Assembly (NCBI RefSeq): GCF_009834535.1
Contig: NC_045697.1
Span: forward strand, 115,694,001 to 115,758,000
Reading direction: 5' to 3'
From: Camelus ferus
Lineage: Eukaryota
DNA length: 64,000 bases
The notes beneath the pieces were generated by a model that searched no databases, was not told where the DNA came from, and saw only the letters and a list, made by a program, of their open reading frames with translations. The position numbers and the translations under genes were made by a program. This document shows positions 38,341 to 51,500 of this stretch, piece by piece (position 1 is the first letter of the stretch; the number at the start of each line of letters is the position of its first letter).

Positions 38341-40205
38341 ACACACATGGACTAGTGTTTAACATGTTACATGTATTTTAAAATATATATACATAAGAAA
38401 GAAAATATAGAAGAATAAGAATAAATATAATACAAACTGTGTTTTAAAAATAATTATTTATTTAACAATATACATTGACTATTCATGAAAGTTTTTAGTG
38501 ACAGAAATAGGATTGAAAATGTTTCATCCTTTCAGAAAATTTGGTTTAGTATTTTATGATTCAGCAGTTCTGACTGTAAATCCAGTTTGTTTTCATTCCA
38601 GGTTTGTTAGCATGCATAGCTGAAAAAAACAACTCAAAATCCACAAGTGGAAGAAATATGTTATTATAGTAAATCATGATACTTTTCCATCTCACCTATC
38701 TTTCAAAAGTTTTTGCTGAAATTCAGCTAATAGATTTTATCTGATGTCCTTCAGTGGTCTGGCAAACTAATCATAAATTTCCTTATTTCATTAAACAGTC
38801 ATTGAAAATCCAGTGTATGCCAGGCACTTGCTGGATGCAGGGGATAAAACTGTGATTTAAAAAAAAAAAAATAGAATCCCTGCCCTCTTGGAGTTCACGG
38901 TGTGGTGAAAAAGATGAATATTAATGAGAACTATCTGTAAATTGTCCAATAACACCTGTGCAGAAGCCAGGGAGGAAGATTTGTCTACGGTGAGATGGGT
39001 CCTAACTGAGTGCCCAGAGAAGGCTTCTCTGAGGATGCTTGAGCTGAGATCTGGACGAAGATCTGAAGAAGAATTAACTGATCAAACGCTGCTGTAATAG
39101 AAGCAGGAGGACACTGTGGCCCTAGAGCAAAAGGAAGGTGTTACATTTTTACATTTAAAAAAAAAGGTTTTAAAATACACTAAAAATGCTTTGGGCAAGC
39201 CTTACACAGTTAAGAAAATATTTTTTAAGCTTTTTTGAAAAAAAAATGAAGACAGAATTTTTATAGGCAATGAATTTTTATAGGCAGACCAAAAAAAAAG
39301 ATCACATAATAGGAACATTTGTATACATCGATGAACAATAGTTACAACTGACCGTTAATTAATACTTTCACCTCTCTCTCTTACCCTCTCTTCCATTTTC
39401 TGTCATCCATCCTCCTGTACTTACTTGCTGCTCCTCACGCCCTCACTTCCCCTCTCATGCTCAGGCCACTGACTGTCCAGAATATTGAGTGGTCTCTACA
39501 ATGGGTGTCAGAACAGCTAACTGCCACCTGGGCCCGAGAGGAGGGGAAGTGATGCTCTGTTCTGGGATGTCAGCTTGTCCAAGGACCACAGCAATAATCA
39601 AGGCATCAAGGCAGCCTAAAGCTAAGTGCAGATTTTTTTTTTTTTTCTAAAGGCTGTAAGGGAGTGAGGCCAAATAACAGACCCCCAAACAAGAAACCAA
39701 ACTCTTGGAATGAAGAATTTTCTGTGAAAACTTCCCAGTGTTGTAAAAACTCACAGACACTAATCCATCCTCCACAAAGCTGCCAAATTAATCTTCCTGA
39801 AGTACAACATGGGTATTAGTGGTTCAACCTCCCGCCAGGGATGATGCACTCCATCCACATGAAGAAGAATCTGATGATTGTATTCAAAACAAGTTGGAGT
39901 GAATTCTGGAGAGACAACTCTGGAGGGAAACAGAAAAGCCTTATCGCAATGAGGACAAGAAACAGATCTGTAACCCCAGAGACGCATAGGAGGTGCAGGC
40001 AATCTACAGAAAGTGTTTCTCATCAAACTAAAAGGAGTGGCATGTTACCGTCAAATCTATTTTATAAAGAAAAGTTCCCAGTAAGTTAGCCAACCATTTG
40101 GGTCAAATTTTGATTTTAATTTTATCATTTAACATATGGTTTGAATTTAAATTTGTTTTTAGAGAACCCTGTAATATGATGCTTGTCCATTTTCCCAAAT
40201 GGTAT

Positions 40206-40693
40206 TGTAACAGAGAAGGACAAATCTGACTCCATATTGGGTCTTTTTCTTATATTTTAACCTTTGTATTCTGTTCCTTTTGCTATACGTTCATCACTAA
40301 AGGGATGTTACCTATAGCTTAAATTCTTCAAATTGGCCCATCTCTGGGAACCCTGCCCCCCAGGTAAAGAGCGTTAAGCTAAAATAACATTGTTTAGCTC
40401 ACAGGAAACATACTGACCAGGCTGACCCAAGAATGACTGCGGGAAGGAAGAAATGAACGTACACCCTCTGGAGGCTGACTGGAACCAGGAAATATCTGAC
40501 TTTATTCCCTCCCCTTTTGTATAAAGGAAGCATGGATTCTAACTCAGGCAAGATGGTTCTTTGGGACACTAGTCCACCATCTTCTTGGTTGGTTAGCTTT
40601 CTGAGTAAAGTTGCTTTCCTTGCTCCAAACACCTTGTCTCCCAATTTACTGGCCTGTCATACAGCTAGCAGTATGAGCTTGGACTCGGTTACA
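40206..40693 (+). mobile_element. ERV1-class solo LTR (488 bp)
   Basis: tgtaacagagaagg...ggactcggttaca; exact TSD gtat (40202-40205 / 40694-40697); TATAAA 40520-40525; AGTAAA 40604-40609. Confidence 0.9.
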
Positions 40694-41464
40694 GTATAGA
40701 ATTCTATTGTGGTGATGTTTCTTAATGAAGTTTGTCTTCTAAAATTCCAAACAAATACAATCAGGTTCTTTTTCCTTCTTATCACTGTTCCACGGTGCTT
40801 TAATTTGATGCCCACTAAACTCTTCGTTGTCTCCTTTTAGTTCACTAATTATACTTTTCCTTCCATTATCCTCATAGTCAGAGCTTCTGTTTCTCATTAG
40901 CTGTTTTGAGACAAGTCAGAGGGGAACTAGGCTTATGACGATGCCCTCTTGAAGAGAATGGGTCGTCAGTGGTTAAATCTTAGGAAAACTGTGGTAATAA
41001 TAAACAGAACCTCATTCAGCCCAGGCAAACCAAGTTAGAAAAGCATGTATCCGCTCTTCCCCTGTCCTTCCCCTTTCAATTTTTTTTTAATTTTTCTTTT
41101 TGTCAGAAAACTTAGCTCATAATTTTTCTTGCTTTCTTACCTTTCTTTGACCCCTTCTTCCTCACTTCCACTGTGCTGTAATCTGCTACGCTCTGTTTTT
41201 CAACGACATCTAGGCATTTCTGCCCTGCCTGCAAACAGGATTTCACTAACATTTTCTCCTTAGGTTCTAACCATTGTGGCAATCACCACCCAATCTTCTT
41301 TCTACCTCTGTTTCAATGTCCTGAGAGTTCACTACCCATTCATTTTCTCTCAACTTTTCCTGATTCTTTGCTTTCAGGAGAAGAATAAGGAAAGAAGCAT
41401 TTTTATTTCTGTTGTTGCTGTTATAACAGAAAAATCAGTTTTTATGGAGAATTTGGAGTTCCTC

Positions 41465-41592
41465 TTTTTTTAATGGGGGGTGGTAATTGGATTTATCCGT
41501 TTATTTCTATCTGGAGGAGGTGCTGAGGATTGAACTGGGAACCTCATGAATGTCAAGCATGTGCTCTACCATTTGAGCTATACCCTCCCCCA
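41465..41592 (-). mobile_element. tRNA-derived SINE (Vic-1-like), diverged
   Basis: gaggattgaactgggaacctcatgaatgtcaagcatgtgctctaccatttgagctataccctcccc with upstream T-tail. Confidence 0.85.
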
Positions 41593-42756
41593 TGAAGGTC
41601 CTCTTTGATGTATAGCCAGATGGAAGACCCTACTGAAACTAGATGTTTTTCTATATAAAGGAGCACAAAGCTACCCTTTCTTATGAAGAGAATCAAAATC
41701 TACTAAATGGCAGAATTTGAAAAACCAAGAGCCCTTAAAGGCCATTAGTCCAACGCTGTTATTTTATAGGTGAGCACATGGAAGCCAACATTTATTCATG
41801 CTTTTCATGTGTCAGGCTTTGTACCTTGTGTTACTGTTGTTATTGTTTTATACTTGTTAAAAAGTATATCCTCATAATCACCCCAAGAGTGAAATAGTCT
41901 ATTTAATACTAGGAATATGTACGAAGCACCTCCTCAGTGCCCCATCCTAGGGAAAAAAAGTAAGAAGGCACCATGCAGGGAGCACCTTTTCTTTTCCACG
42001 GGCTCGATACCCAATCTCATGTAACCATCACACTTGGACACAAACATCCTGGGTCCAATTTTCAGGAAATAACTGAGTGTCAAAGATGTGAGGAGTCACT
42101 TGCCAAGGATCACAAAGTGATGAAGAGGCAGACAGAGAATCAAAATTCAGGTCTGCCTCAAACCTAAGTCTACTTTTGGCTGGTAGGTTGTTTTGTTTGC
42201 TTTTCCACACAAGGTTGTCTATTCAGGAAAAGCACAACCATGTCAATTTCCTAGGCAGATGATTGGTGACCCCAGAATTCTCAAACCAGACGACAACTTG
42301 ACCTTCTCAACTCTGACCCTTCCAGCTCTACCACCTGTTTACCCTCATTATACAAACCTTTGTACCTGTGCTTTAACGATGGGACAGCCTCTCTGTGTGG
42401 GTCTGATATGTGTTTAATTAATATAATGGTGACATTATCAAGGAGACAGAACAGAAAAAAGAGGCAATAAATTTGGGCAACAAATTTAATGACCCACCTT
42501 TTAAAATTAATAACTATCATTATGTTTAAAGATATAGCCTAATACTTTTTCCACTAAACACAAGGCTCTGCCACTCTTTTGTAACTTTACTTTAGTGATT
42601 TTAGTTACTATCATCATTTTTCCCCATTCCCTTTCTCCTCTCCCCCACTCAGTAATGTGAGACTCATCTTTCTTATCCAAGAATGTCTGTTGCTTTTCCT
42701 TTAACATAACAACAATTCTCTAGTATTAATGACATAAATTCCAACTCCTTCACTCC

Positions 42757-42785
42757 TTTATTTATTTATTTATTTATTTATTTTT
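42757..42785. repeat. (TTTA)n microsatellite
   Basis: tttatttatttatttatttatttatttt. Confidence 0.85.
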
Positions 42786-43401
42786 GGAGATAAAGAATAG
42801 CAAACCATTACTTCAAACTTGAGAAGTCTCTTGAAATACATAATACTCCTTGCAGCTATCGCCTACCAAAAACAAGGTCCCACACATTTAGTTTAGGTCT
42901 TTAACTTCTTGGGAACTAAACATTATTGACTCAATTCTCTCATATCTATTATGCCTTTGAAATTAGATCTAGACAATTGGGTTAAAATATTTTCCTCCTA
43001 TTCATTCTCAAACTCTGGCTATTAAATTTACATGAGCATTACTGCTTAATCCTGCACCTGCTTAAGGGTGTGTACACGCACACTGATTAAAAAAGAAAAG
43101 AAAAGAAAAGACAACACTTAGATAACACATTTGTTAGCTGTACAAGGACAGCATCTCTGTTTATCTCACCCTCTAGTGGGAGCATCTCAAGTGGGAGCTC
43201 CCAGAGGGGAAGGATTTTTTCTTGATCATTCATACCTGCTACTGCTGCCCTGTATCATTTTCCATAACTTTCAGGAACTAAAGAGGCTGAGGAATGAACA
43301 AAAGCAGAAGGGAACTAACTTCATTCACTTAATAATTATTGTTTAGAATCCACTCTGCCTCAGAAACTACACTATGAACTTGACTTACATTACATTGTTT
43401 G

Positions 43402-43919
43402 TGTTACAGAGAAGAACAAACCTGACTCCATGTTAGACCTGTTCCTTTAGCTCTAACTCTCTGCTGTTTCCTGGGCTCAGTCACGCTGGTTCTGCACCTT
43501 TTGTAAAAGAATGTTGCCTAGAGCCTGAAATAGACAGGAGAGCCCATTCTCAAAGCTCTGACCTTTAAGAGTATAGCACTTTCAGATACACACAGAGATA
43601 AAAAGTTGCAGAACAGAGAACAACATTTGTCTTGTTGGAGGTTTGCAGGAACATCATGACCTGACCCACGTGGACAACTGCAAGAACAAAGGATTCCAAC
43701 ATTAAGAAATTTGCACCCATTAACCACACCCCCTCCTCTTTTTAGGATAAAAGGGGCCTGAATTCTTACTTGGGGAAGATGGTTCTCTAGGACATTAGTC
43801 CCCCATCTTCTCGGTCTGCTGGCTTTCTGAATAAAGTCGCTATTCCTTGCCCCAACAACTCGTCTCCTGACTTACTGGCCTGCCATGGGGCAAGCAGAAT
43901 GAGTTTGGACTTGGTAACA
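43402..43919 (+). mobile_element. ERV1-class solo LTR (518 bp), related to 40206-40693
   Basis: tgttacagagaagaacaaacctgactccat...ggacttggtaaca; exact TSD tttg (43398-43401 / 43920-43923); AATAAA 43830-43835. Confidence 0.9.
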
Positions 43920-46196
43920 TTTGTTTGCATAGCGACTCTGAATTAGGTTTGATTACACTCATTTTTAGAATAGGAAACCAAGTCTTGGGGTGACTATGCG
44001 ACTATTTCCAGGTCATACATTTAGAAAATATGGGGCTAAAATCTGAAGCCAAGTCTGCCCATCTCAAAAGCCCACACTCTTTCCAATTCACCAGACTCCT
44101 TCACACAGACAAACAAAACCCATAAACGTGAATTACTTACCCTCTATTGATAAACAATATAGATCTTCATACAAACCAATTACCTAAAAATGCATTACTG
44201 AACATTGTTATATAACTAACCACTAGAGTTTGAGGCACTCAATAAAATGATGCATTTATTAAAGGCTTCAGTCTTGCTGAGTCTGTCCCTGTCACCCGAT
44301 ATAAATAACAGTCTGCAGCCAAATCTGTAACGGCTTGAAGGGAAAGAGTCTGCATTTACAGACGCCAGGTGCACTGCAGGAGCCAAATCCAGGTACGTTT
44401 CCATTAGGTAGACAGATCTCTGCCCTCTCCTCCAAGACGGGAACCAGCCAGGCACTTCACTTTTCCTTATGCTCCAGAAGAATACACGGTAGCAGCAAAC
44501 TTGCTCAAGTAACACACTTTCCCCGCAAAGGCAGCACCAAATTAAAGAGTGATTTTAGAGGATCAAGATTCTAGCTTAGTCCTTCTCCGTAGGAGTGAAT
44601 ACAGATGCATCAATTTTACTTGTATGTTTTAGGAAGGAAGTCATCCTATCAATCCTGGGCTGGTGGTTAAACAGTCCTGGGTCTTTCCCGAGCATCCCCT
44701 GATCCAGATAGCCAGAGACCTGAGGGGCAGGTTCCAGAGAAAGGCTCCTGCAGTAGGAGACAATGTTAGACTTCAAAGGGGACGCAGAAAGCATCCTCTT
44801 CAATACCATGATACTTCACAGGAGGAAGCAGAGGCTTAAAGAGGTTAACGACGTGCCCAGGGTTGTTGACATTTTCGAGGCATAGTCACCCCTCTGATTC
44901 CTCTGACTACATCAAGTCGCCTGTGAGAGCTCAGGGAAAGATAAAGCCCAAAGCCCAAACAGAGATGCTGGCCAGAGCCAGGGTAGTGAATCTAGATGAC
45001 CTCACCGACATCCAATTCTACAGAAAGCGAAACTGATTTCTGTTAATACTCCAAAGCTGTTAAACAGTTCACCTGAGATTTTTACTTTCCAATTTACTTT
45101 CATCTATACAGAGTCTGCTTTTGGATTTTTTCACTCTCCATTTGTTTGTTTTTTAATAAAGCAGATAGTTTTCCGGGTCCAGGTTCTGCACACCGGCATT
45201 TCTCAAGGCTGCACGTCCCTAGGTGGTCTCTTGTCTTACAGAAGGGCTCTTATAGAGAATATCAGTCTCTGAAGAATGAAAACTGCACCTCTGACCCAAT
45301 AGGCAGCCCCACTGCTGCTTTATAAAGTATTACACGTTAATCTAACATGAAGAGTACAATTTCTGCTGAATCTATTCAAAATCAAAGGTAAGAAAATGAA
45401 GAGAATTATATCAAATGGGATATCTTATATTTTTCAAAAATGCCTGGATATTGAAAATAACTGAATTAACCATGTGTCTATTCTCTTTCCTCCAGCTTCA
45501 TCTTCCATTACTCTCAAATAAACATACTGCATGATTGTGAACTATGTTCACTTTAAATGGATATATTCATCTTTCTTGAAAACGATTTAAAGATCTTCAC
45601 TTCCACCCCTATGCTCATCCTGCATGTCCCACTCGGACTGTTCCACATTCTTCCAAAGTCCACTCCACGTTCCCCATTTTTACCTCCACACTTATGCTCA
45701 CCCCTGTCTGCCCTGAAAAGCCAAGATTTTAAACAGCCACCTCCAATCTAAATGTTAGTGAGCATAGGAAAGATGGCTTCTTTTTTACAGCCTTCCTCAA
45801 ACTCTCAAACCATAGAAGCCTTTCCCTCCTTTCAACATCAGTAGCACTGATGATTTCTGTCACTTAATTGACACTTAGGAAATTCTACCTGAATTGAATA
45901 GATAAAGGGAACATATCCCACAGGATGTACTTTGGCCTTTTGATATTATTGACAGTCTCCTGGAGAGCATCATTAATAGAGTTATTGCCTTTGGGGTAAA
46001 CAGTGAGATGAGACAGCAACACAGTCAAATGGAGCCAAAGGAGAAAAAGAAATTAAATGCCACTTGGTAAACAAGGAGGCTATTTGTTTAGAGCAAAAGA
46101 TTTCAGGGGAGCCAGAAATCTGATTGTCACCTTAGTTTCCTCAGACATTGTCATCACCATACAATCAATCAGCGTTGCTTAATAATTCTCAAATCT

Positions 46197-46310
46197 GGCG
46201 TGGGATACAGCCCAGGGGTAGAGGGGTGTGTGCGTAGCATGTGCAAGGTCCTGGGTTCAATCCCCAGTATCTCCATCAAAAATAAAAATTTGTAAATTTT
46301 TTTAAAATAA
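46197..46310 (+). mobile_element. tRNA-derived SINE (Vic-1-like)
   Basis: B box ggttcaatccc; TSD taataattctcaaatct (46180-46196) / taataattttcaaatct (46311-46327). Confidence 0.88.
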
Positions 46311-46364
46311 TAATAATTTTCAAATCTAAACCCAAAACTCTTGCCCCACTGGTAACCACAGTAT

Positions 46365-47000
46365 TCATGCCATCATTCAAAACACATTTATTAAGCATCT
46401 TCTGTGTGCCAGGCACTATTCTAGGTGCTGGAGATACAGGGTGAATAAAAAAAAAAAAAAGAATTGTTGTCATATTGGACCTTACATACTAATAAAAAGA
46501 AACAGAAAGTAATCATAGCAAATTACAAAATATATAGAAGTAATTATTTCTAAGGAGAAAATGAATGAAACGAGGCTAGATGGTACCTACGGAGTTCAAT
46601 TTTTCACTAGGATCACTGGGTAAGATCTTGGGGAGAAAGTAAAATCTCAACAAATAAGTGAGGAAGGGGAGGGGAGGAAGGAGAAGGGGGAGCAAGCCAA
46701 GCAGATATCTGATGGAAAAGTAACCTATTCCAGACAAAAAGAAGAGAAAATACAAATGGTCTGAGCTGGGGCCAGGTCTGTTGGGTTTGAGAAACAGCAT
46801 GAAAATCAGCGCAGCTGAGAAGTGATGAGCGTGGGAGAGGGGAAGTCAGGGGGAAACGAGTGCCGGGGGAGAGCCCACTAGGACGCTGGCTTGGACTCGA
46901 ATAAAATAATGATCCGTGGGAAGACTGTGCACTGAGGACTGATATGATCTGACTTATTCTCTGGGGAGAGCAGACTGTTAAAAGGTTCCACATTCTGCTG
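46365..47000 (-). mobile_element. L2 LINE 3' fragment (appears to continue at ~49380-49900)
   Basis: tcattcaaaacacatttattaagcatcttctgtgtgccaggcactattctaggtgctggagatacag. Confidence 0.8.
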
Positions 47001-47589
47001 TGAGAGGTTGGGTAATTCAGAACAATCTTCCTGCAGAGAACTAGAGAAGCAGGATTGGAAAAAATCAGGAACCACTTTCCCCTTAGGGGGTGATATCTAT
47101 TTAGCAAGAGATTTCTGAGATGCTGAGAAACTAAGCAGAGCTTTCAATAGATGCGGAGGACCAGGAGACCAGAACCAAAGTTCAGAGCTGGGAGGGTGGG
47201 CTGGAGCTGGTAAATGCTCAACCAGTGGGCAAGGAAGGGGAAAAAGCACTAACTTTTATTAGACTTTCGTATGTAAAGGTTTCCTCTTGTAATCAATAGA
47301 ACAGCCACTAAAAGAATAGTAAAAGGTTATGAGACTACCAAACTGAATGAGGGAGAAAATGCAATATTAAAAAAAATAGCTAATTCAAAATGTCAATAAA
47401 GGAGAGATAAAGAAACAAAGCAGAATGGATTTAAAAAACAATAGTAATATGGTAGGTCTAAACCCAAACGTGTTAGTAATCCATGTATTAATAACCATAT
47501 GTAGATTAAATATAATCTAGATTAAATTAATTATTTAATTAAGTTAATTAAAAAACATATTAAATATAAATCAAATTCTCTAACTTAAA

Positions 47590-47790
47590 AGCAGATACAA
47601 AATACTATATATAAAAAAGACAGACAGCAAGGTCCTTTTGTACAGCACAAGGAAGTACATTCAATATCCTATAATAAACCATAATGGAAAAGAATATATA
47701 CATATATAACTGAATCACTATGCTGACACCAGAAACTAACACAACATTGTAAATCAACTATACTTCAATAAAATATATATAAAAATAAAA
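47590..47790 (+). mobile_element. Short L1 3' end
   Basis: gcagatacaaaatactatatataaaaaagacagacagcaaggtcct..tgtacagcacaagg...tatacttcaataaaa. Confidence 0.85.
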
Positions 47791-47902
47791 ATAAGACTGC
47801 CAGACTCAATTTTTTAAATGCAACAAAGTGCTGTTTAAAAGAGACACTTTTAAAATATAAGACTACAGAGAGGTTGAAGTAAAGGGAGAAAAACATATAT
47901 CA

Positions 47903-48524
47903 TATTTTCTGGTTATTTATCACCTCTCAGTTCTAAAATATCCCTTTCTACATTCTACTCTGTGATACCTGGGCTGGGATCCTGCAGACTGCATTTCCAG
48001 ACTGCCAGATGGATTTCTGTTAGTTTTTCCAATAAGAGTCACTAGAGAGAATTTGCAAAACCAAAGGAAGGGAAAAGGGCTTACTTCCCGCACTCTTGTT
48101 TCCATTAGCAGGGATCAGTGTTAGACGGCCCAGAGCGGCAGGCCAGAACTGCCAGCTTCCATTGACTTTCCCAGCACCAGTCTCCTCAGGGCACCTGGTG
48201 GACAAGAAGGAGCCGGGAGACCTGGATCAGGGGTCTGAGCTACAGCTCCACTGGGCACTCAGCCCTGCCGGAAGTGGCACCATCGTTTCCCCAAGATCTC
48301 AGCAGCAACTCTACATGGCTCTTCCCATCACCTCAACTATTTACCTTTTGTTTCCCAAGCTAAGAATAGTAGCTGCTTCCTACAATTATTATCTCTGGAT
48401 TACTTCAGTATTCCTTTTAGCACTTAACTCTCTAAACCTACATAACCAACTCCCTTTATTAAATATCTTGCTTGAACTATCTAATTTTTTTTTTTTTTGT
48501 CTCCTTGAGTAGAAAACTGGTACA
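47903..48524 (+). mobile_element. ERVL LTR (LTR33-like)
   Basis: ctactctgtgatacctgggctgggatcctgcagactgcatttccagactgccagatggatttctgttag..ccaat matches remembered LTR33; ends ctggtaca. Confidence 0.6.
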
Positions 48525-48618
48525 TCATGAAAACAGTAACCAAAGGAAAGTACGGGCACAGCTCTGGTAATAGCAGATGGGGTACACTTATGTGAAAAAG
48601 CCATAGTAGAAATAAAGA

Positions 48619-49171
48619 TGTTACTGGGAAAAGGGAAATAAGAATTACCTTGAAAAAGAAGAAGAAAAAAAAAAAAGAATTACTTCGGTTCTTAGTCACC
48701 TGAAAAAAAAAAAAAAGAATCTTTGATGAGAGACAAAAAGCATATTATAAGCAAGATTTTTATTAGTGAAGCAAAAAAAAAAAAAAGATAGTAAAAGATA
48801 GTACACTCCTGAGAATTGAGAGCAAGCCAATCCAAGAGAAGAAAAATGGTGCCGTTCCTTTGTTTTTCCTGTTTTGGTATCCTGGTTTCATGATTGATTA
48901 ATTGATTGATTGATAACTCAGGTTCCCTGCACTCTGGCACACCCATCCCCTTTTGGCAGGTTCATTGTGTCAAGTTATACCAGGTCCCCCTCCCATACAC
49001 AGCTGCAGTGCTTTGATTTTAACTGGCTTCTTTTACTGGCCCTCATTTAAAGAAAGTAAAAATTTCTGGAGTCCCTTTTTCTCAATGCAGACACACTGCC
49101 ATTTTCTGGATTATTCCTTTCCCCTTTATATCCCCCTGCCCAGTGCTCATTTCTGTCTAAACTACCTAACA
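48619..49171 (-). mobile_element. ERV1-class solo LTR (553 bp)
   Basis: TG...CA termini, exact TSD aaga (48615-48618 / 49172-49175), minus-strand AATAAA at 48759-48764. Confidence 0.8.
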
Positions 49172-49654
49172 AAGAGATATTTTATAATGGCAATGCACTT
49201 CTAAAATATGAGGATTCTAAATATGTATATACCTAATAACTTGTCCTCAAAACTTATAAAGCAAAAAAAGAGATAGGGAAAGAGCCAGGCAAATCCATAA
49301 TTACAGTGGTAGTTTTAAAACAAACCCCTTTTAGAAACTGAATGAATAATCAGACAAGAAATAATTAAATATCAAAATGAGTAACAGGAGACCCTAGTGG
49401 TGGGAGGGGAGGTAATGGCGGGAGAACGGAGTTGGAGTCCTTCACAGTGTCTAAACAAGAGCTGGTAAAGGAGAGTTTTGGGGCTGTAGCTACTGGAGGT
49501 TAAGGAAAGTGGTTGGATTCTTGATCTATTCTGAAGGTTAAGCCAGCAAGACTTCCTGACATTGGATGTAGGCTGCAAGAGAAAGAAAGGGGCCAAAATA
49601 ACCCCCACAAATGAAAGGATGGAATTGCCATTAGCTACTATGTGGGAGAATTTG

Positions 49655-49823
49655 GTTTTTTGTTTTTGTTTTTAATTTATTTATTATTGTATTATTTAAT
49701 TACTTTATTTTGGGGGGATAGGTAATTATGCTTGTTTATTTTTGGAGGCGGTACTGGGGATTGAACCCAGGACCTCCTGAGTGCTAAGCATGTGCTCTAC
49801 CACTTGAGCTATATCCTTCCCCT
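49655..49823 (-). mobile_element. tRNA-derived SINE (Vic-1-like) inserted in L2
   Basis: ggtactggggattgaacccaggacctcctgagtgctaagcatgtgctctaccacttgagctata; degenerate TSD atgtgggagaatttg / atgggggagattttg. Confidence 0.9.
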
Positions 49824-51500
49824 GCAATGGGGGAGATTTTGTGATAGTGGGTTTGGGAGAGAGGATGGGCGTTCAGTTTGGACATTTGAGTTTGAAATGT
49901 CTTTGGTTTCTGTACATACGACTTTCCCGTTCCTAAGTCATTTACTCCCTTCACTTCAACACAGAGCCCACTGCTCTAGGGACTGTCCCGGTTCAGTCCC
50001 TGCTCCCCAGCTCAGTCCCATTTCTCACCCTCCTCATCCCTCGCTCCTAATGCTTTTACCACCTGAACTAGTTGCTGCCCTGCGGAGTTCTCCTTACATC
50101 CAGGCCTTTTACACACTACTCCTTTTACTTGGAACATCTTCTCTCTCCTTGCCTACACATGTGGATTCATCTTTCAGCCAAATAATCACGTGCTCTGAGA
50201 GTCTCTGCTGAAGACCAAGTCCGGGTCGCAGGCTGCCTTTAATCCGCTACTGTCATCCCTTCCCTTGCCACTGCTGTAACACGTAGCATAATATATGGTA
50301 ATTGCTTATTTATGTCTCTGATTCACCCACTGCACCAAAAGCGCCCTCAGAGCAAGCAGTAAGACCTGTCTGCGCACATGAGGCAAAGGGGCCTGACACA
50401 TTCCCTAGTGCTGAGAAAAGCCTGATAAATAGATAAACTCTCTATTTCAGGCACAAAGTCACTAACTGAGAAGACATATGCCCCCCCCCAAGACTGGACC
50501 GTGTGGCTTTCAAAATCTCTGTGTATGTATCCCAGAAATTCAATTTTGAGGTAGAAAGCTATCCCATAATAATTGAAGAAAAATGGAGAAAACAGTCTCT
50601 AAGGTTTTTCAGCGTGATCCCACTGAAAGCCTAGGATACATACGAGCTTCTGGACTGAAGACGCCTGGTACTAACACTGTCCCTCCACGTGTGAATTCCT
50701 AGCAACTCCTACTAACAATATGCAACAGAATGCCTTTCGCCTCCTTTGGTTTAAGGCATGTGTGATGTGTGCTTCGCAAGCATATGAAAATCAGTACCCT
50801 AAGGATGAATCACATTGTCAGAAGCTTTCTCCGACAGAGAAAGAAAAGATCTCTCTGAGGTTTGGAAAATAAAGCTGACTTCCTTGACGCCGCCCCCGTG
50901 GCACAGCACTTCAGAGATGCGTGCTGCTTCCAGATTTTAAGACACAGTGACCATCTCTTTCTGGCAAGTGCTTCAGATCTTCCCATCTGACCACAGACTC
51001 ATTTCATCTTTCCCAGGTAAAGTCTGCCAGCTAGACTGCGTCTAGCCAGCCAATTTTTCTCAGATTCAGAGAAGCCGTGGCTATCTCCTTCCTTAGCCGT
51101 GAAAAAAGATAAATCTAAAAACAAACAAGTGAACTTCAGTAGACACAGAAGAAAGGGGCTTTCACATCGAAGAGTCTTAGATTTGGAAGAAACCTTGAAA
51201 TAAACCTTGAAGAAGAGCTTTTTATTTCCAGGAAACAACACTTCTTTCGAAGCTAGCACATTAATTTTTTTCATCTAATTCATAACCCTAATGATGTATA
51301 CACGGGGGAAAAAATAACACATTTTACTTGGAAAGTCAACATAAACCTCCTGTTCTTAAAAGCGTATGTAGCTATGCTTCAAACCTATTTTGTGTTTTTT
51401 AATGTGCATAATTTTAAAAGCAGGTAAATGGCTTGTACCAGTCCAGTTCCCGGGTGCTTTTTGTCATAATCACCATTTCAGGTAAGAATCACACATCTGG

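Larger units (their letters stand above)
47260..49372 (+). mobile_element. Old L1 (start of ORF2) interrupted by three later insertions
   Basis: tgctgtttaaaagagacacttttaaaatataagactacagagaggttgaagtaaaggg..atatca | tgaaaacagtaaccaaaggaaag..aaataaaga | gatattttataatgg..ttctaaatatgtatatacctaataac reads as colinear L1 endonuclease-region sequence. Confidence 0.7.

Noticed and set aside
40206..43919. Single provirus or LTR retrotransposon between two LTRs
   Set aside because: Each LTR has its own different TSD and the spacer has no retroviral internal sequence
45295..45349. CCAAT + TATA + ATG mini-gene encoding a 33-aa peptide
   Set aside because: The ATG lies only ~26 nt after the TATA, at or before the expected start site, and the CCAAT-TATA spacing is short; kept only as the splice-signal candidate
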